NCBI GenBank assembly: GCA_028826165.1
Contig: JAPDFW010000011.1
Span: 682,001-746,000 of the forward strand
Direction: 5' to 3'
DNA from: Anaeramoeba ignava BMAN
Taxonomy: Eukaryota; Protista; Anaeramoebae
DNA length: 64,000 nt
This document shows positions 26,001 through 37,491 of this stretch, piece by piece. Under the pieces are notes generated by a model that was not told the DNA's origin, did no database searches, and saw only the letters and a program-made list of their open reading frames with translations. Numbering within the stretch: position 1 is the first letter of the stretch; every line of letters begins with the position of its first letter. The translations under genes were made by a program, and so were the position numbers.

Positions 26001-27426
26001 TTATTCCAATTCATTTGAATTGGTCAAATTATTAATTGAAAATGGAGCTGAAGTTGATTGCAAAACAAATACCCAAGAAACACCTTTGCATAACATTTGC
26101 ACAAGGAAAAATGCAATTAAAATCATTAAATATCTCGTTTCAAAAGGTGCTAATGTCAATGCCAAAACAATCAATGACGAAACTCCTTTGTATTTGGCTT
26201 GTCAATTTCAAAAAAATCAAGATTTATTGGAAATTGTTGAATTTTTAATTTCAAAAGGAGCAGATGTCAATGTCCCAACAAATTATCAAAAAGACACATG
26301 TTTGCATTTATTATGCGAAATGAAAAACAACAGTTTGTTGGAAGTTGCTAAATTACTCATTTCAAAAGGAGGAGCAGATGTTAATGCCAAGACTAGTCAC
26401 AATAAAACACCTTTACATCTTAGTTGTGATTATCGGCAACCATTGGATGTTATTGAATATCTCATTTCACAAGGAGCAGATGTCAATGCCAAAACTGTTG
26501 ACAATGATACACCTTTACATCTTGCTTGTGATTTTCAACAAACAATAGAGGCTATTGAATATCTAATTTCAAAAGGAGCAGATGTCAATGCCAAAAATTC
26601 TTTTGATGAAACTCCACTTTCATTATCAATTAAAACACCAAATGAAGATGTAATTAAGGTTTTGTTAATGAATGACGCTAAAATTTGGAATATTAATGAA
26701 AAAATTTCAAATTCCAAAATATTTGAAAGTTTGTTAAGTCAAATTTATTCCATAAATCAAGATATGATCAAAATTTTAAATTCAAATGAAAATTTTTCTG
26801 ACTTCCAAATTGAATGCAAAAATTCTTTTATTTTCCTAGTTCATAAATTAATTATTTTATCAAGATTTGATAATAACGAAATGATTCTAAAAAAATTTAT
26901 TAATATTTGCAAAGAAAAACCAAAAGAAAATGTCAAATTTTCTTTGAATTTTCTTTACACTGGATTTTTTGAAGAAAATTATGAAGAAAATGATAATGAA
27001 ATTTATAAAGAAATTTTCAATGAAATTGGATTGGATTCAAAATGGATTGAATCTAAAAAAGGGAGAAAAGGAATAATAAAAGATTTTGACAAATTATATA
27101 AACAAGAATCAACCAAAGATTTTACAATAATTATTTCAAATGAAAACGAAGAAGAAAAAGAAATTAAAGTTCATAAATTAATTTTAATAATAAGAAGCGA
27201 TCTATTTAAAGGAATGTTTTTAAATGTTAAAGATTTCTCAAATCAGGTTCATGATTATTCAAGAAAATCATTTGAAACTTTGAATCAATTAATTTATTTT
27301 ATTTATCATGATGAATTCGAAGAAAATAAAATAAATGATAAAATGATTGAAGAATTTGCAGATGTTAAAGATTATTATCAATTGAATCCAAATTCAATAA
27401 TTGATTTAATTTTAGAAGATATTTGA
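23005..27426 (+). CDS. Ankyrin-repeat (~35 repeats) + tandem BTB protein with N-myristoylation-like start
   Basis: 1473 aa; repeated 'TPLHxxC...IIKFLxENGADxNAK'; C-terminal 'VHKLIILSR' and 'VHKLILIIRSDLFKGMF...VHDYS'; starts MGQSES. Confidence 0.9.
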   Translation: MGQSESIQKLFIACKNNSFQEIKFLIQKKVNVNAKNIYEQTPLHLICQNINENSFKIIKFLIQNKADVNAKNIYEQTILHLICQNINENSFKIIKFLIENKIDINVKDYKKQIALHLICQNINEISFQIIQILIENNSKINSKTKNKQSPLHLVCQNINEKSLQIIKFLIENGADVNAKSKNQETPLHLICQKENINEISFQIIKFFIENGADVNAKNKTNKETILHLIYQNPNQITFEIIKFLIGKGADVNAKTKNDETFLHLVCKNQKQNEDVFQIIKFLIEKGADINAKIYEGEQTPFHYACQNPYLSFQIIKFLVENGADINAKTEENRETPFHSACQCQNKESFEIIKFLVENGADINAKRTDFQETPLNLVCQFQESEKSIDIIKFLIENGSKINSKTIYKQSLLHLACQNQNKNSFEIIKFLIEKKFSVNSQETSEQKTPLHFACLYQIRNEESFEIIKFLVENGADVNAKTNDDQTPLHIICRCQAQKNSIEIVKFLVENGADVNVKTKFDNSTPLHLFCQSEFNENSLEIIKFLVEKEADINIKTGFGLTALFLICQNINKYSIEIIKFLVEKGAEINAKTHEQETPLHYACQFQKQEHSMEIIKFLIENGADINAKSHISKAPLHIACQGQKETSIEIIQYLILKGADINIKDYSQETALHLVCQNQNQNSFEIIKFLIEKGAEINDTNSYSQETPLHIACKYQNENLFPIIQFLFEKKANINAKTKYTLETPLHLVCQKEKNKDLDQIIKYLVSKRADIKAQLESTLETPLHFLCQKSKSIEAINYLIKKKVNINAQDSEMQTPLHKVFSSKKSKKNSFGIVKILVSQKANLNAETKYQYETPLHFACKQKNSFQIIKYLVENGASVNVLNNFHQESPLHYACQHQKSLKIVKYLISKGAIINAKSTNNQTPLHYACQHQKSIKIIKFLVENGAVINAADDRNNTPLHLVCGNIKEKSFEIITYLISKGANVNYYTNDHESPLYYICGYSNSFELVKLLIENGAEVDCKTNTQETPLHNICTRKNAIKIIKYLVSKGANVNAKTINDETPLYLACQFQKNQDLLEIVEFLISKGADVNVPTNYQKDTCLHLLCEMKNNSLLEVAKLLISKGGADVNAKTSHNKTPLHLSCDYRQPLDVIEYLISQGADVNAKTVDNDTPLHLACDFQQTIEAIEYLISKGADVNAKNSFDETPLSLSIKTPNEDVIKVLLMNDAKIWNINEKISNSKIFESLLSQIYSINQDMIKILNSNENFSDFQIECKNSFIFLVHKLIILSRFDNNEMILKKFINICKEKPKENVKFSLNFLYTGFFEENYEENDNEIYKEIFNEIGLDSKWIESKKGRKGIIKDFDKLYKQESTKDFTIIISNENEEEKEIKVHKLILIIRSDLFKGMFLNVKDFSNQVHDYSRKSFETLNQLIYFIYHDEFEENKINDKMIEEFADVKDYYQLNPNSIIDLILEDI

Positions 27427-27512
27427 TTAATTTCTCACAAATATTTTTTTAACAATTTAATTTCAATTTTCTTTTTAATTTTAATTTTCATTTTTATTTT
27501 TAATTTTGATTA

Positions 27513-29269
27513 TTATTTTAATTTTTTAATTAATAAATCCAATAAATTTGGATATGTTTGATTTAATTGAAAATAATCAATTCCAGTTTTAAGTTCATTA
27601 ATAATTTCTTGTGTAATTTGAATTTCTTCTTTAATTTGATTTGAATAAATCCAATATTCTAATATTTGAAATGATTTATTACTTAATTCACTATAATCTG
27701 TAACTTTATTTGATTTATCATTTGTTACATATAAAAACATTCCTCGATATAATTCACTTCTCATTATTAATATTAATTTAGGAAATTTATATTGTTTTTC
27801 TTTTCTTTCAATTATAAAATCTTTTTCATTTTCATTTTCATTTAAATAAATTCTTTTCATTGTTTCTTCAATTTTTTCATTGAAATTTATAATTTCTTTA
27901 ATTTCAAAATATAATTTTGGATTTATTTTGGAATTGTTTGAATAAATCATTTCAAATATTTGATTTGATTCTTTAATTGATTTTTTTGAAATAATTTCTT
28001 TAAGTTTTTCAATTTGATTTTGATTTTGATTTAATCTATATTTCAATATTAATTTATGAGCTTCAATTATTTCTCCATTTTCGGTTTTAAATGAAATATT
28101 ACAAAATTCTTTTCTTCTAAATAGTTTTATCAAATCTTCTTCAAGATTGGAAAAAGAAGAAGAAGAATAATAAAGAAATGAATTGAAATATCCACAATAA
28201 ATATGATAATTAGAAATATCTTCATTAAATATTAATTCAGGAAGTTCAATTTGGAAAGGAACTGATCGATCTAGTGGGTCTCTAGGTATTAATTGATTGT
28301 AAGAATTATCTCCAAATCCTATTAATTTTGAATTGGAAGTTAAAATTAAACTATGATTAAACCCACAAGAAAAATCAAGAATATCATTATTTCTAAATAA
28401 ATATGATTTGATTTCAGTAAATTCATAAGTATCTTCAATATACTTGCCAAGTCCATTATTTTGATAATTTCCACATGAATAAAGTTTTCTTTTTGGATTT
28501 TGATTTTGATTTTCATCTCCATCTTCAATCAACATTATTGAATGAAATTGTGCACATTGAATATCAATTATTTTCCCTTTTGGAATATTTTGGATTTTGG
28601 TTAATTTTTGGGTTGTTTCTTTTCTTGATTTTCCTAATCCAAGTTGACCATGATTATTCCAACCACATCCAAATAATTCATGATTTGAATTTAAAAGAAA
28701 AACATGATATGAGATAAATCCTGAAAATATTTTAGAAACATTTTTCATCATTAAAATTGGTTTTTCTGTTTTTATAAGTGTTTTATAATCAAAACCAAGT
28801 TGATAATTTCCATTTGAGCCAATTCCATAAACATTTTGATTTGAAGTTAATAAGTAAATTGATTGAGCAGAACAAACAATATCTTGAATTATTCTATCAT
28901 TTTTATCTTCAATTAATGATGAAATATTGATAAATTCTTTTGTTTTGATGTTGATTCCTTTGGCAAATACATTTCTTTCTGATGTTAAAATAGCTTCATT
29001 TTGATCACCAACAGTTACTTTTTGAATATTTTCTTCAATTTGGATTTTTCAGGATTTTGTTTTGAATCATTTAAATATTCTATTGCTTTTCCATTTTTAA
29101 AAAGGAAAATTGTTGAATAATAACTTGATGAAATTTGTTTAATTTGTTTTTCATTTTCATTTTCATTTTCATTTTCAAATTTAAATTGAATTGGTTTTGT
29201 TATTTTATTTGGCTCATTTTTGATAAGAATTGGAAATTGATTTGCACCAAAAAATATAATTTCATTCAT
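27513..29269 (-). CDS. RCC1 + tandem BTB protein (frameshift in A-run near 29045)
   Basis: ORFs 29015-29269 and 27513-28751 plus in-frame intervening sequence. Confidence 0.85.
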
Positions 29270-29382
29270 TTTTGAAAAAGAAAAAAAATGAAAAAATGAA
29301 TTTTGGAATTTTAATTTTAATTTTAATTTTAATTTTAATTTTGATTTTAATTTTAATTTTAATTTTAATTTTAATTTTAATT

Positions 29383-29692
29383 TTAATTATTAAATTTGTT
29401 AATTAATAAATCAAATAAATTTGGATTTGTTTGATTTAATTGAAAATAATCAATTCCAATTTGAATTTCATTAATTATTTCTTGTGTAATTTGAATTTCT
29501 TCTTTAATTTGATTTGAATAAATCCAATATTCAAATATTTGAAATGATTTATTACTTAATTCACTATAATCTGTAACTTTATTAGAAGTATCATTTGTTA
29601 CAGATAAAAACATTCCTCGATATAATTCACTTCTCATTATTAATATTAATTTTGAAAATTTATATTGTTTTTCTTTTCTTTCAATTATAAAA
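29383..29692 (-). pseudogene. 3' fragment (second BTB half) of an RCC1-BTB gene fused to the TLDc cassette spacer
   Basis: Homology begins abruptly at 'FIIERKEKQYKFSKLILIMRSELYRGMF'; no upstream RCC1 part. Confidence 0.85.
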
Positions 29693-30646
29693 TATTTTAA
29701 TTAATTTATTTCAAAAATGGAATAAAGAATATTAAATAATTAAATTTAAAATTAATTATATTTTATATATTTTATTAACTTTATTTATTTAAAATAATAT
29801 AAAATTATTCCCAATAATTTAATAAAATTGAGAAGAAAATTGAAATATTTTAATAAATATAAATATTTAATTTTAATAATATTTAATTTGAATTTAATTT
29901 AAATTTATTTTATTTTAATTTGATATAATATTTTTATTTATTATATTAATATTTTTAATTATTTATTATTTCAATTTTAATTATAATAAAATATATTAAA
30001 AAAAGTGGAATAAATATTTTAATAAAACATAAATATTTAATTTTTAATATTAATAATTAATAATAATTTAATTTAAATTGATTTTATTTTAATTTGATTT
30101 AATGTTTTTATTTATTATATTAATATTTTTAATTATTTATTATTCCAATTTTAATTATAATAAAATATATTAAAAATAAAATTAAAAATTAAAAAATTTT
30201 AAATAAATTGAATTTAACATGATTGAATAAGATAAACTTTCTAAAAATAATTTACTAATTATTCTATTTTTGATTTTGATTATAATTTATTAATATTTAA
30301 ATATTAATTAATAATAAATTTTATTTGATTTTTTTTATTTTAATATTTTAATTAATGAATTTAAATTTAATTATTATTAATTTCTATTTTCAATTTTTAT
30401 TTTTATTTATTATATTAAAAATATTCAATTTTTCAAAATTTATTATTTTTTTTTTTTGGATTATTTTTTATTAATTAAATTTTTAATAAATATTTTAAAT
30501 TAAAATTAAATTATTTAAAATTAAATTTGTTTCTTATTTATTATTTTAAAGAAATTAATTTGATTAAAAGTAAATTAAAATTGAATTAAATTTTGAAAAA
30601 AAAAATTAAAAAAAAAAAGTTTGATTTTCTTATTATTAATTAATTT

Positions 30647-32335
30647 TTAAATGAAATAAGATTCAAATTCATCAACAACCCATGATTTATAAGAACCAGC
30701 TAAATAACTTTGAGCTTCATTTGTTCCATAAGTAATTCCATTAGGTAGATTATAACTATTACCAAAATTTGAATAACCAGGTTGTAAATTAGAATTTAAC
30801 CAAATATCATGTCCTCCACTACCAAATGTTGGACCATAACTTAAATTAGAATAAATTGCATAATTTTGTTTAATTGTAAACTTTGCAGGTATTCTATTTC
30901 CTTTATCATTTCTTAATGAAAAAATAAATGCACTTGAGTCATTAATTCCTCCTTTATTTCCATTAAATCCAACTTGAGTAAAACCTCCAAAAATAAAATT
31001 TTGTTTTGTTTTGATAATAACTAATGTTTTTCCTTTCCCATCAACTGCTTTATGCCAATTTTGAGAATTAAATCCATCTCTTTTTGCTGAAAATCCTTTT
31101 TTCATTTTAGAAAAAAAATCATTATCATTTATCCATTCTTGTAATTTCTTAACATATTCAATATCTTTAATAATTTCTGAATCTGAAAATTGAGGAAAAA
31201 TCTTTTTTAATTCAATTTCTCAAAAACAGGTTTCATATTCCCAACCTCTTTCTTCCATTTTTCTTCAATTTCAATTTTAGGTTTTTTTTTCTCAATTTCT
31301 TTCTTCCATTTATCTTCAATTTCAATTTTCATTTGTTGATTTTCTTTATCTTTCTTTTCAATTTCTTGTTTTTGTTTTTGATTTTTAGATTCAAATGATT
31401 TGATTCTTTTATCTCTTCTTTTAATTTTCTTTTCTTTATCTTTGATTTTTGTTTGATTTTCTTCATCTTGAATTTCAAAAATAGTTCTTTCAAAATTAAT
31501 TAAAAAAGAATTTGGAAGAAAAAAATCAAATTGTTTTAATTTATCAAAATCTTGTTTTGAAATTGAATCTTTATCAAATAATGAAAAAAAAGAATGAAAT
31601 AATCTTTTCTTTTCAATTCCTTTTTCTTTTTCTTTTTATTTTTCCTTAATTTTAATCTCTTATTTCTTTTTTAATCCAATTATTTAAAAATTGAAAAAAA
31701 TCAAATTGAAAAATTTCTTTTTTTTCTTGTTTAAATTGAATAAATTTGATAATTTCTTCTTTAGTTAAATTGAATAAATTTTCATTATTCTTAATTTGGG
31801 AAAAATTTTGATTTATTAATTCAAAACATTTTATTTCAATTTCATTTGAATTTAAATTTCGATTTTGGAATAAAAATTGGAAAAATTTGAATAATTAATT
31901 GAATTTAAAAATTTTTTTTTGAATAATTTCTTTCAATAAATTTAATTTAAAATAAATTGAAATTTCCAATAATTGGAGAAGATTTTCTTGATTCTCAAAA
32001 GAAATATTTCCATAATAAATATAACTCAAAATTGATTCCATTTCTTTTTTATTAAATTGATTTAGAAAAATCTTATTAAGATGATTTTGTCCTTTTAAAA
32101 ACTCATTAAAAAAAGGAGATCTTGAAGATAAAATTGATTTATGAACTTTAATTTCAAAAGGATTTGATTTATTCTCAACAAAAATTGAAAAATCTTTAAA
32201 TGAATTTTCATTTAAAAGGTTTGAATAATCTTCAATTAAATTTTTTGTTACTTTTTTTTCTAAATTTTTCATTTCATTTTCATTTTCATTTTGATTTGCA
32301 TTTTCAATTTGGTTATTATTATTATTATTATCCAT
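30647..32335 (-). CDS. BTB-BACK-coiled-coil-TLDc protein, copy 1 (several homopolymer frameshifts)
   Basis: ORF 31895-32335 (BTB: VHKSILSSRSPFF) and 30647-31105 (TLDc: RDGFNSQNWHKAVDGKGKTLVIIKT...FGGFT...GPTFG); colinear with the intact copy at 56382. Confidence 0.85.
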
Positions 32336-32754
32336 TTTTGTTTTTTTGTTTTTGTTTTTGTTTTTGTGTTTTTGTTTTTGTTTTTTTTGTTGTTTAAAAA
32401 TATAAAAATGAAAAATTTAAATAAAAAAAATGAATAATTTATTATTTTGAAAATTAAATAAAAATATAAAAATGAGAATAAATTTAAATTAATAATTAAT
32501 TTAATTTTCTTTTTAATTTATTATTTTTAAGTTAATTTATTAATAAATTATTATTATTTTTTAATATTAATTCAATTTAATTCAAAAAAAGATAAAATTT
32601 TATTTTAAAAATCAATTTTCAATTTAATTTTTAAATAATAAAATAAAATTAAATCATTAAATTTAAATTTTAAAAACAAATTTCCAAATTAATATTTTTT
32701 AATTCAATTTATAAATTAAAAATAATTAAAAAATTTTAATTTCAAAAATCAATT

Positions 32755-33965
32755 TTCAAAATATTTAAATAATAAAATATTTAAATCTAAAACAATAAAT
32801 TATTATTTTAAATAATAAAATTAAATATTAAATTATATTTTTAAATTGATTTATAAATTAAATATTAAATTAAAATCTATTCTTATTTTTATATTTTATA
32901 TGTTAAATATTTAAATAATAAAATATTTAAATCTAAAACATTTAATTATTATTTTAAATAATAAAAATAAATATTAAATTATATTTTTAAATTAATTTAT
33001 AAATTAAATATTAAATTAAATCTATTTCCATTTTTATATTTATATGTTAAATATTTAAATAATAAAATATTTAAATTTAAAACAATAAATTATTATTTTA
33101 AACAATAAAATTAAATATTAAATTATATTTTTAAATTGATTTATAAATTAAATATTAAATTAAATCTATTCTTATTTTTTATATTTATATGTTAAATATT
33201 TTTAAATAATAAAAATATTTAAATCTAAAACAATAAATTATTATTTTAAACATAAAATTAAATATTAAATTATATTTATAAATAAATTTATAAATTAAAT
33301 ATTAAATTAAATCTATTTTCATTTTTTATATTTTAATGTTAAATATTTAAATAATAAAATATTTAAATTTAAAACAATAAATTATTATTTTAATAATAAA
33401 ATTAAATATTAAATTATATTTTTAAATTAATTTCATAAATTAAATATTAAAAACTATTAAAAGAAATTTATATGTTAAAAAAATAATAAAATTTTTAAAA
33501 ACATTTTTATTTAAAAAAATTAATCAAAAAGAGATTCTTTTTTATAAATTAAATATTAAATTAAACTTATTCTTATTTTTATATTTATATGTTAAATAAT
33601 AAAATATTTAAATAAAACTGAATTTATTTTGACAAACAACAATTAAATAATTTTTAAACTAAAAAAAAAAAAATTAAATTCAATTATTTTGGATTTTTAT
33701 ATTTTTTTGTTTAAATATTTAAACCAATAAAATATTTAAATCTAAAACATTAAATTATTTTTAATAATAAAATTAAATTATTAAATTATATTTTTAAATT
33801 AATTTATAAATTAAATATTAAATTAAATCTATTTTTATTTTTTATATTTATATGTTAAATATTTAAATAATAAAATATTTAAATTTAAAACATTAAATTA
33901 TTATTTTAATAATAAAATTAAATATTAAATTATATTTTCAAATTGATTTTTAAATTAAATATTAA
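32755..33965. repeat. ~144-bp tandem satellite (~8 units), reverse complement of the 54740-55990 array
   Basis: Recurring 'aaatctatt...tatgttaaatatttaaataataaaatatttaaatctaaaac' every ~144 bp. Confidence 0.85.
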
Positions 33966-34054
33966 AAAAAAATATAAAAGAAAAAGAAAAAAGAAAGAGA
34001 AATTTTTTTTTATAAATTTTTTATTTAAAAAAAAGAATAATCAAAAAAAAAGAG

Positions 34055-34340
34055 ATTCTTCTAGACCGTAAGCCCCGTTGAGTCACAAGCTTTGATTCCA
34101 ACTTTATAGAAAAGAAAGAAACGAAGCAAGGCTTTCATAAAACTGATTGCTATGACAAACAACAACCCAAATAATTGAAACTCAAAAAGAAAAAAATCTT
34201 CGCATTCAATTAAATGGATATTGAAGTTTTTATCACTGGTTCTTTCAACCTCTGGTCCAGGGACTTTCGCCGATCGTTTTTTTATTGTTATTTTTTTTTT
34301 AAAGTATGTAATACGATCAAGAAAGCTGGACTAGAAGAAT
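34055..34340 (-). ncRNA. RMRP: RNase MRP RNA
   Basis: Minus strand: P1 = perfect 10-bp terminal stem ATTCTTCTAG/CTAGAAGAAT; P2 AGCTTT/AAAGCT; P3 GATCGT/ACGATC; CR-I GAAAGTCCC (34268-34260) pairs with CR-V CAACGGGGCTTAC to form P4; P8 hairpin GGTT-GAAAG-AACC with the MRP-diagnostic GARAR loop (34250-34238); CR-IV-like ATAGCAAT; oligo-T run follows the 3' end. Confidence 0.88.
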
Positions 34341-34409
34341 GATTTTTAAAAAATTTTTTTTTTCATTTTTTTTAATTTAATTTTTTTTTAATTTCAATTC
34401 CAAAATCAA

Positions 34410-35815
34410 TTTATAACATTTATATTTATAACATTTATATTTACAACATTTATATTTACAACATTTATATTTACAACATTTATATTTACAACATTTATAT
34501 TTATAACATTTATATTTATAACATTTATATTTATAACATTTATATTTACAACATTTATATTTACAAATCAATTTACAAATCAATTTACAAAATTTATATT
34601 TACAACATTTATATTTATTTAAAAATTTATATTTACAAAATTTATATTTATAACATTTATATTTATAACATTTATATTTATAACATTTATATTTATATTT
34701 TTATATTTATAACATTTATATTTACAACATTTATATTTACAACATTTATATTTATAACATTTATATTTATAACATTTATATTTATAACATTTATATTTAT
34801 AACATTTATATTTATAACATTTATATTTACAACATTTATATTTATAACATTTATATTTTTAACATTTATGTTTACAAATTTTTATATTTAAGAAACATTT
34901 ATATTTATAACATTTATATTTACAACATTTATATATTTATAACATTTATTTTTACAAACGTTTATATTTACAACATTTTATTTACAAATATTTATATTTT
35001 ACAAATGTTTACAACGTTTATATTTTACAACGTATATATTTACACAACATTTATATTTATTTTTTTATTTTTTTATAACATTTATATTTATAACATTTAT
35101 ATTTATAACATTTATATTTATAACATTTATATTTATAACATTTATATTTATAAACATTTATATTTACAACATTTATATTTACAACATTTATATTTACAAA
35201 TCAATTTTTAAATTTATAACATTTATATTTATAACATTTATATTTTAAACATTTATATTTTATAACATTTATATTTACAACATTTATATTTATAACATTT
35301 ATATTTATAACATTTATATTTATAACATTTTATATTTACAACATTTATATTTTATAAATTTATATTTATAACATTTAATTCAAAAATCCAATTTACAAAT
35401 ATTTTATATTTACAACATTTATATTTACAACATTTACATTTATAAATCAATTTACAAATCAATTTACAACATTTATATTTATAACATTTATATTTACAAT
35501 ATTTATATTTTAACATTTATATTTTAACATTTATATTTATAACATTTATATTTATAACATTTATATTTATAACATTTATATTTATAACATTTATATTTAT
35601 ATTTTTATATTTATAACATTTATATTTATAACATTTATATTTATAACATTTAAATCAATTTATAACATTTAATTCAAAAATCAATTTACAACATTTATAT
35701 TTATAACATATATATTTACAACATTTACATTTATAAATCAATTTACAAATCAATTTACAACATTTATATTTATAACATTTATATTTATAACATTTATATT
35801 TATAACATTACATTC
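34410..35815. repeat. 15-bp minisatellite (A[T/C]AACATTTATATTT)n
   Basis: About 1.4 kb of directly visible 15-mers between the AATF stop and the RNase MRP 5' end. Confidence 0.95.
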
Positions 35816-35881
35816 AAAAATAAATTTTAAATTAAAAATTAAAAATGTTTTTGTTTTGTTTTTTGTTTATTATTCTATTTA

Positions 35882-37366
35882 TTATTGAAATAAAGAATTC
35901 AATAAATTTTTTGAAATTTCATTTTCTTGTGCATTTGTTGGCGTCATAAAATTAACTAATTTTTCATGAACAACATATCTAATTTGTCTTCCTTTACTTG
36001 ATTTTCGATCAACTGCTTTTTTCGGTTTATTTTTTCTTGATTGAATAACAGCATTTACAGAATCAAAACCTTCTTGATTTGAAGAATTTTGAATAAAATT
36101 TTTAAGAATTTTCTGATAAAAATCTAAATCATCAAAAATTTGTTCATTATATTGATCTTCATTTTGTTTTCTAAATGATTCTTTTGCATTTTTTTGTGTT
36201 TTCTTCTTTTTAATCATTTCTTCTCCAATTATTTCATAATTTGCTCTTTTCAATTGCGTTCTTTTAACAAGACGCTCTTTGTCTTTCAAAATATTATCAA
36301 TTTGAGTGAGAACACTTTGATTAAGTGATTTGAATTTTTTACTAAGCAAATGACCAGTTGCAATTTGTGTTTTTCTGTTCCATTTATCCAAAATCCCATT
36401 TTCAATTGGTTCCATTTTATTGAGAATTTGGGAAAATTTTCCCCATATTTTTTCTGAAGAGATTTCTTCTTCTTTTTTCTCAAATTTTCTACATAATTCA
36501 ATTAATTCTTCAAAATTCCCTTCAATTTCTTTTTGGAATTCTTGTTTTAAAATTGAATTGTTTTGTTTTGTCAAATTAAATTTAAATTGAATTAAATCAC
36601 TCAAAATTTTCAAAATGAATTTCTGTGAATTTTGCGCTTGGTTTTGAATTGCTTGATCATCAAGAATTATTGCAAGTAATTTTGGATCAGGAAATTCATT
36701 TGAAATTTTCAAAATTTTTTGCAATAAAATTCTGAGGTTTAAAGAATGATTCCATAATTTTCTTTGATTAAAAGCAGCATTTGCTTTTTCCATTTCTTTT
36801 TGATTATCAATTTTCATTTCTTCGAGTGTTTTCTGTTCTTGTTGTTGAATTTGCTTTAATTGTTGAGTGAAATTTTGATTAATTTTTTGATTTGAATTTT
36901 TTAATTGATTTTCATTTTGATTTTCATTTTGATTTTCATTTTGATTTTCGAATTCACTTGAATATTCAGAATCATCAATTGATTCAATTGAAGAATCGCT
37001 ATCAATATTATCAAGAATATTTTGTTCTTCAAATTCAAGCGAATCATCTGAATCTTCAAGTTCTTTTCTTGATATTTTTTTTCCTTCATAAATTCCACTT
37101 GATAATTCAATTCCTGAACTTAAGGTTTTGCCAGGAATTCTTGTGAGTGTGAAATCATCAGATATTTCATTATCAAATGTGTTTTGATTGTTTTGTAGAG
37201 ATTGTTTTTGTGCGTAATTTTCAAATCCATCAACATCATCAGGATTAAAATCTTTTTTTTTTTTTAATTTAATTTTTTTAATTTAAATTTTTTTTTAATT
37301 TTTTTTTCTTTTACCTTTTGGTTTTGGATTTAAAAGATTATTAAGTTCATCTTTTAAAGAACTCAT
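35882..37366 (-). CDS. AATF: AATF/Bfr2 SSU processome protein; intron 37314-37252
   Basis: MSSLKDELNNLLNPKPK|DFNPDD; 'NQRKLWNHSLNLRILLQK', 'IFDDLDFYQKILKNFI', 'VDRKSSKGRQIRYVVHEKLVNFMTP' (TRAUB C-terminal motif). Confidence 0.9.
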
Positions 37367-37491
37367 TATAAATTTTTATCTATTTATTTATTTATTTATT
37401 TATTATTTAATTTGCAATAAAAGAAAAAAATGAAAAAAAAAAATGAAAAAAATTTTTTATCATTTTTTTCTTTTTCTTTTTTTTTAAATAA

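Noticed and set aside
33440-33720. Faint copy of the RNase MRP 3' region (GAGATTCTT, GACAAACAACAA) inside the 144-bp satellite
   Set aside because: Constant ~520-bp offset from the true gene and blended with satellite sequence; best explained as a consensus/polishing chimera from repeat-length misalignment, not a second RNA gene.
34377-35211. CYKYK- and YNIYI-repeat ORFs
   Set aside because: Translations of the 15-bp minisatellite.
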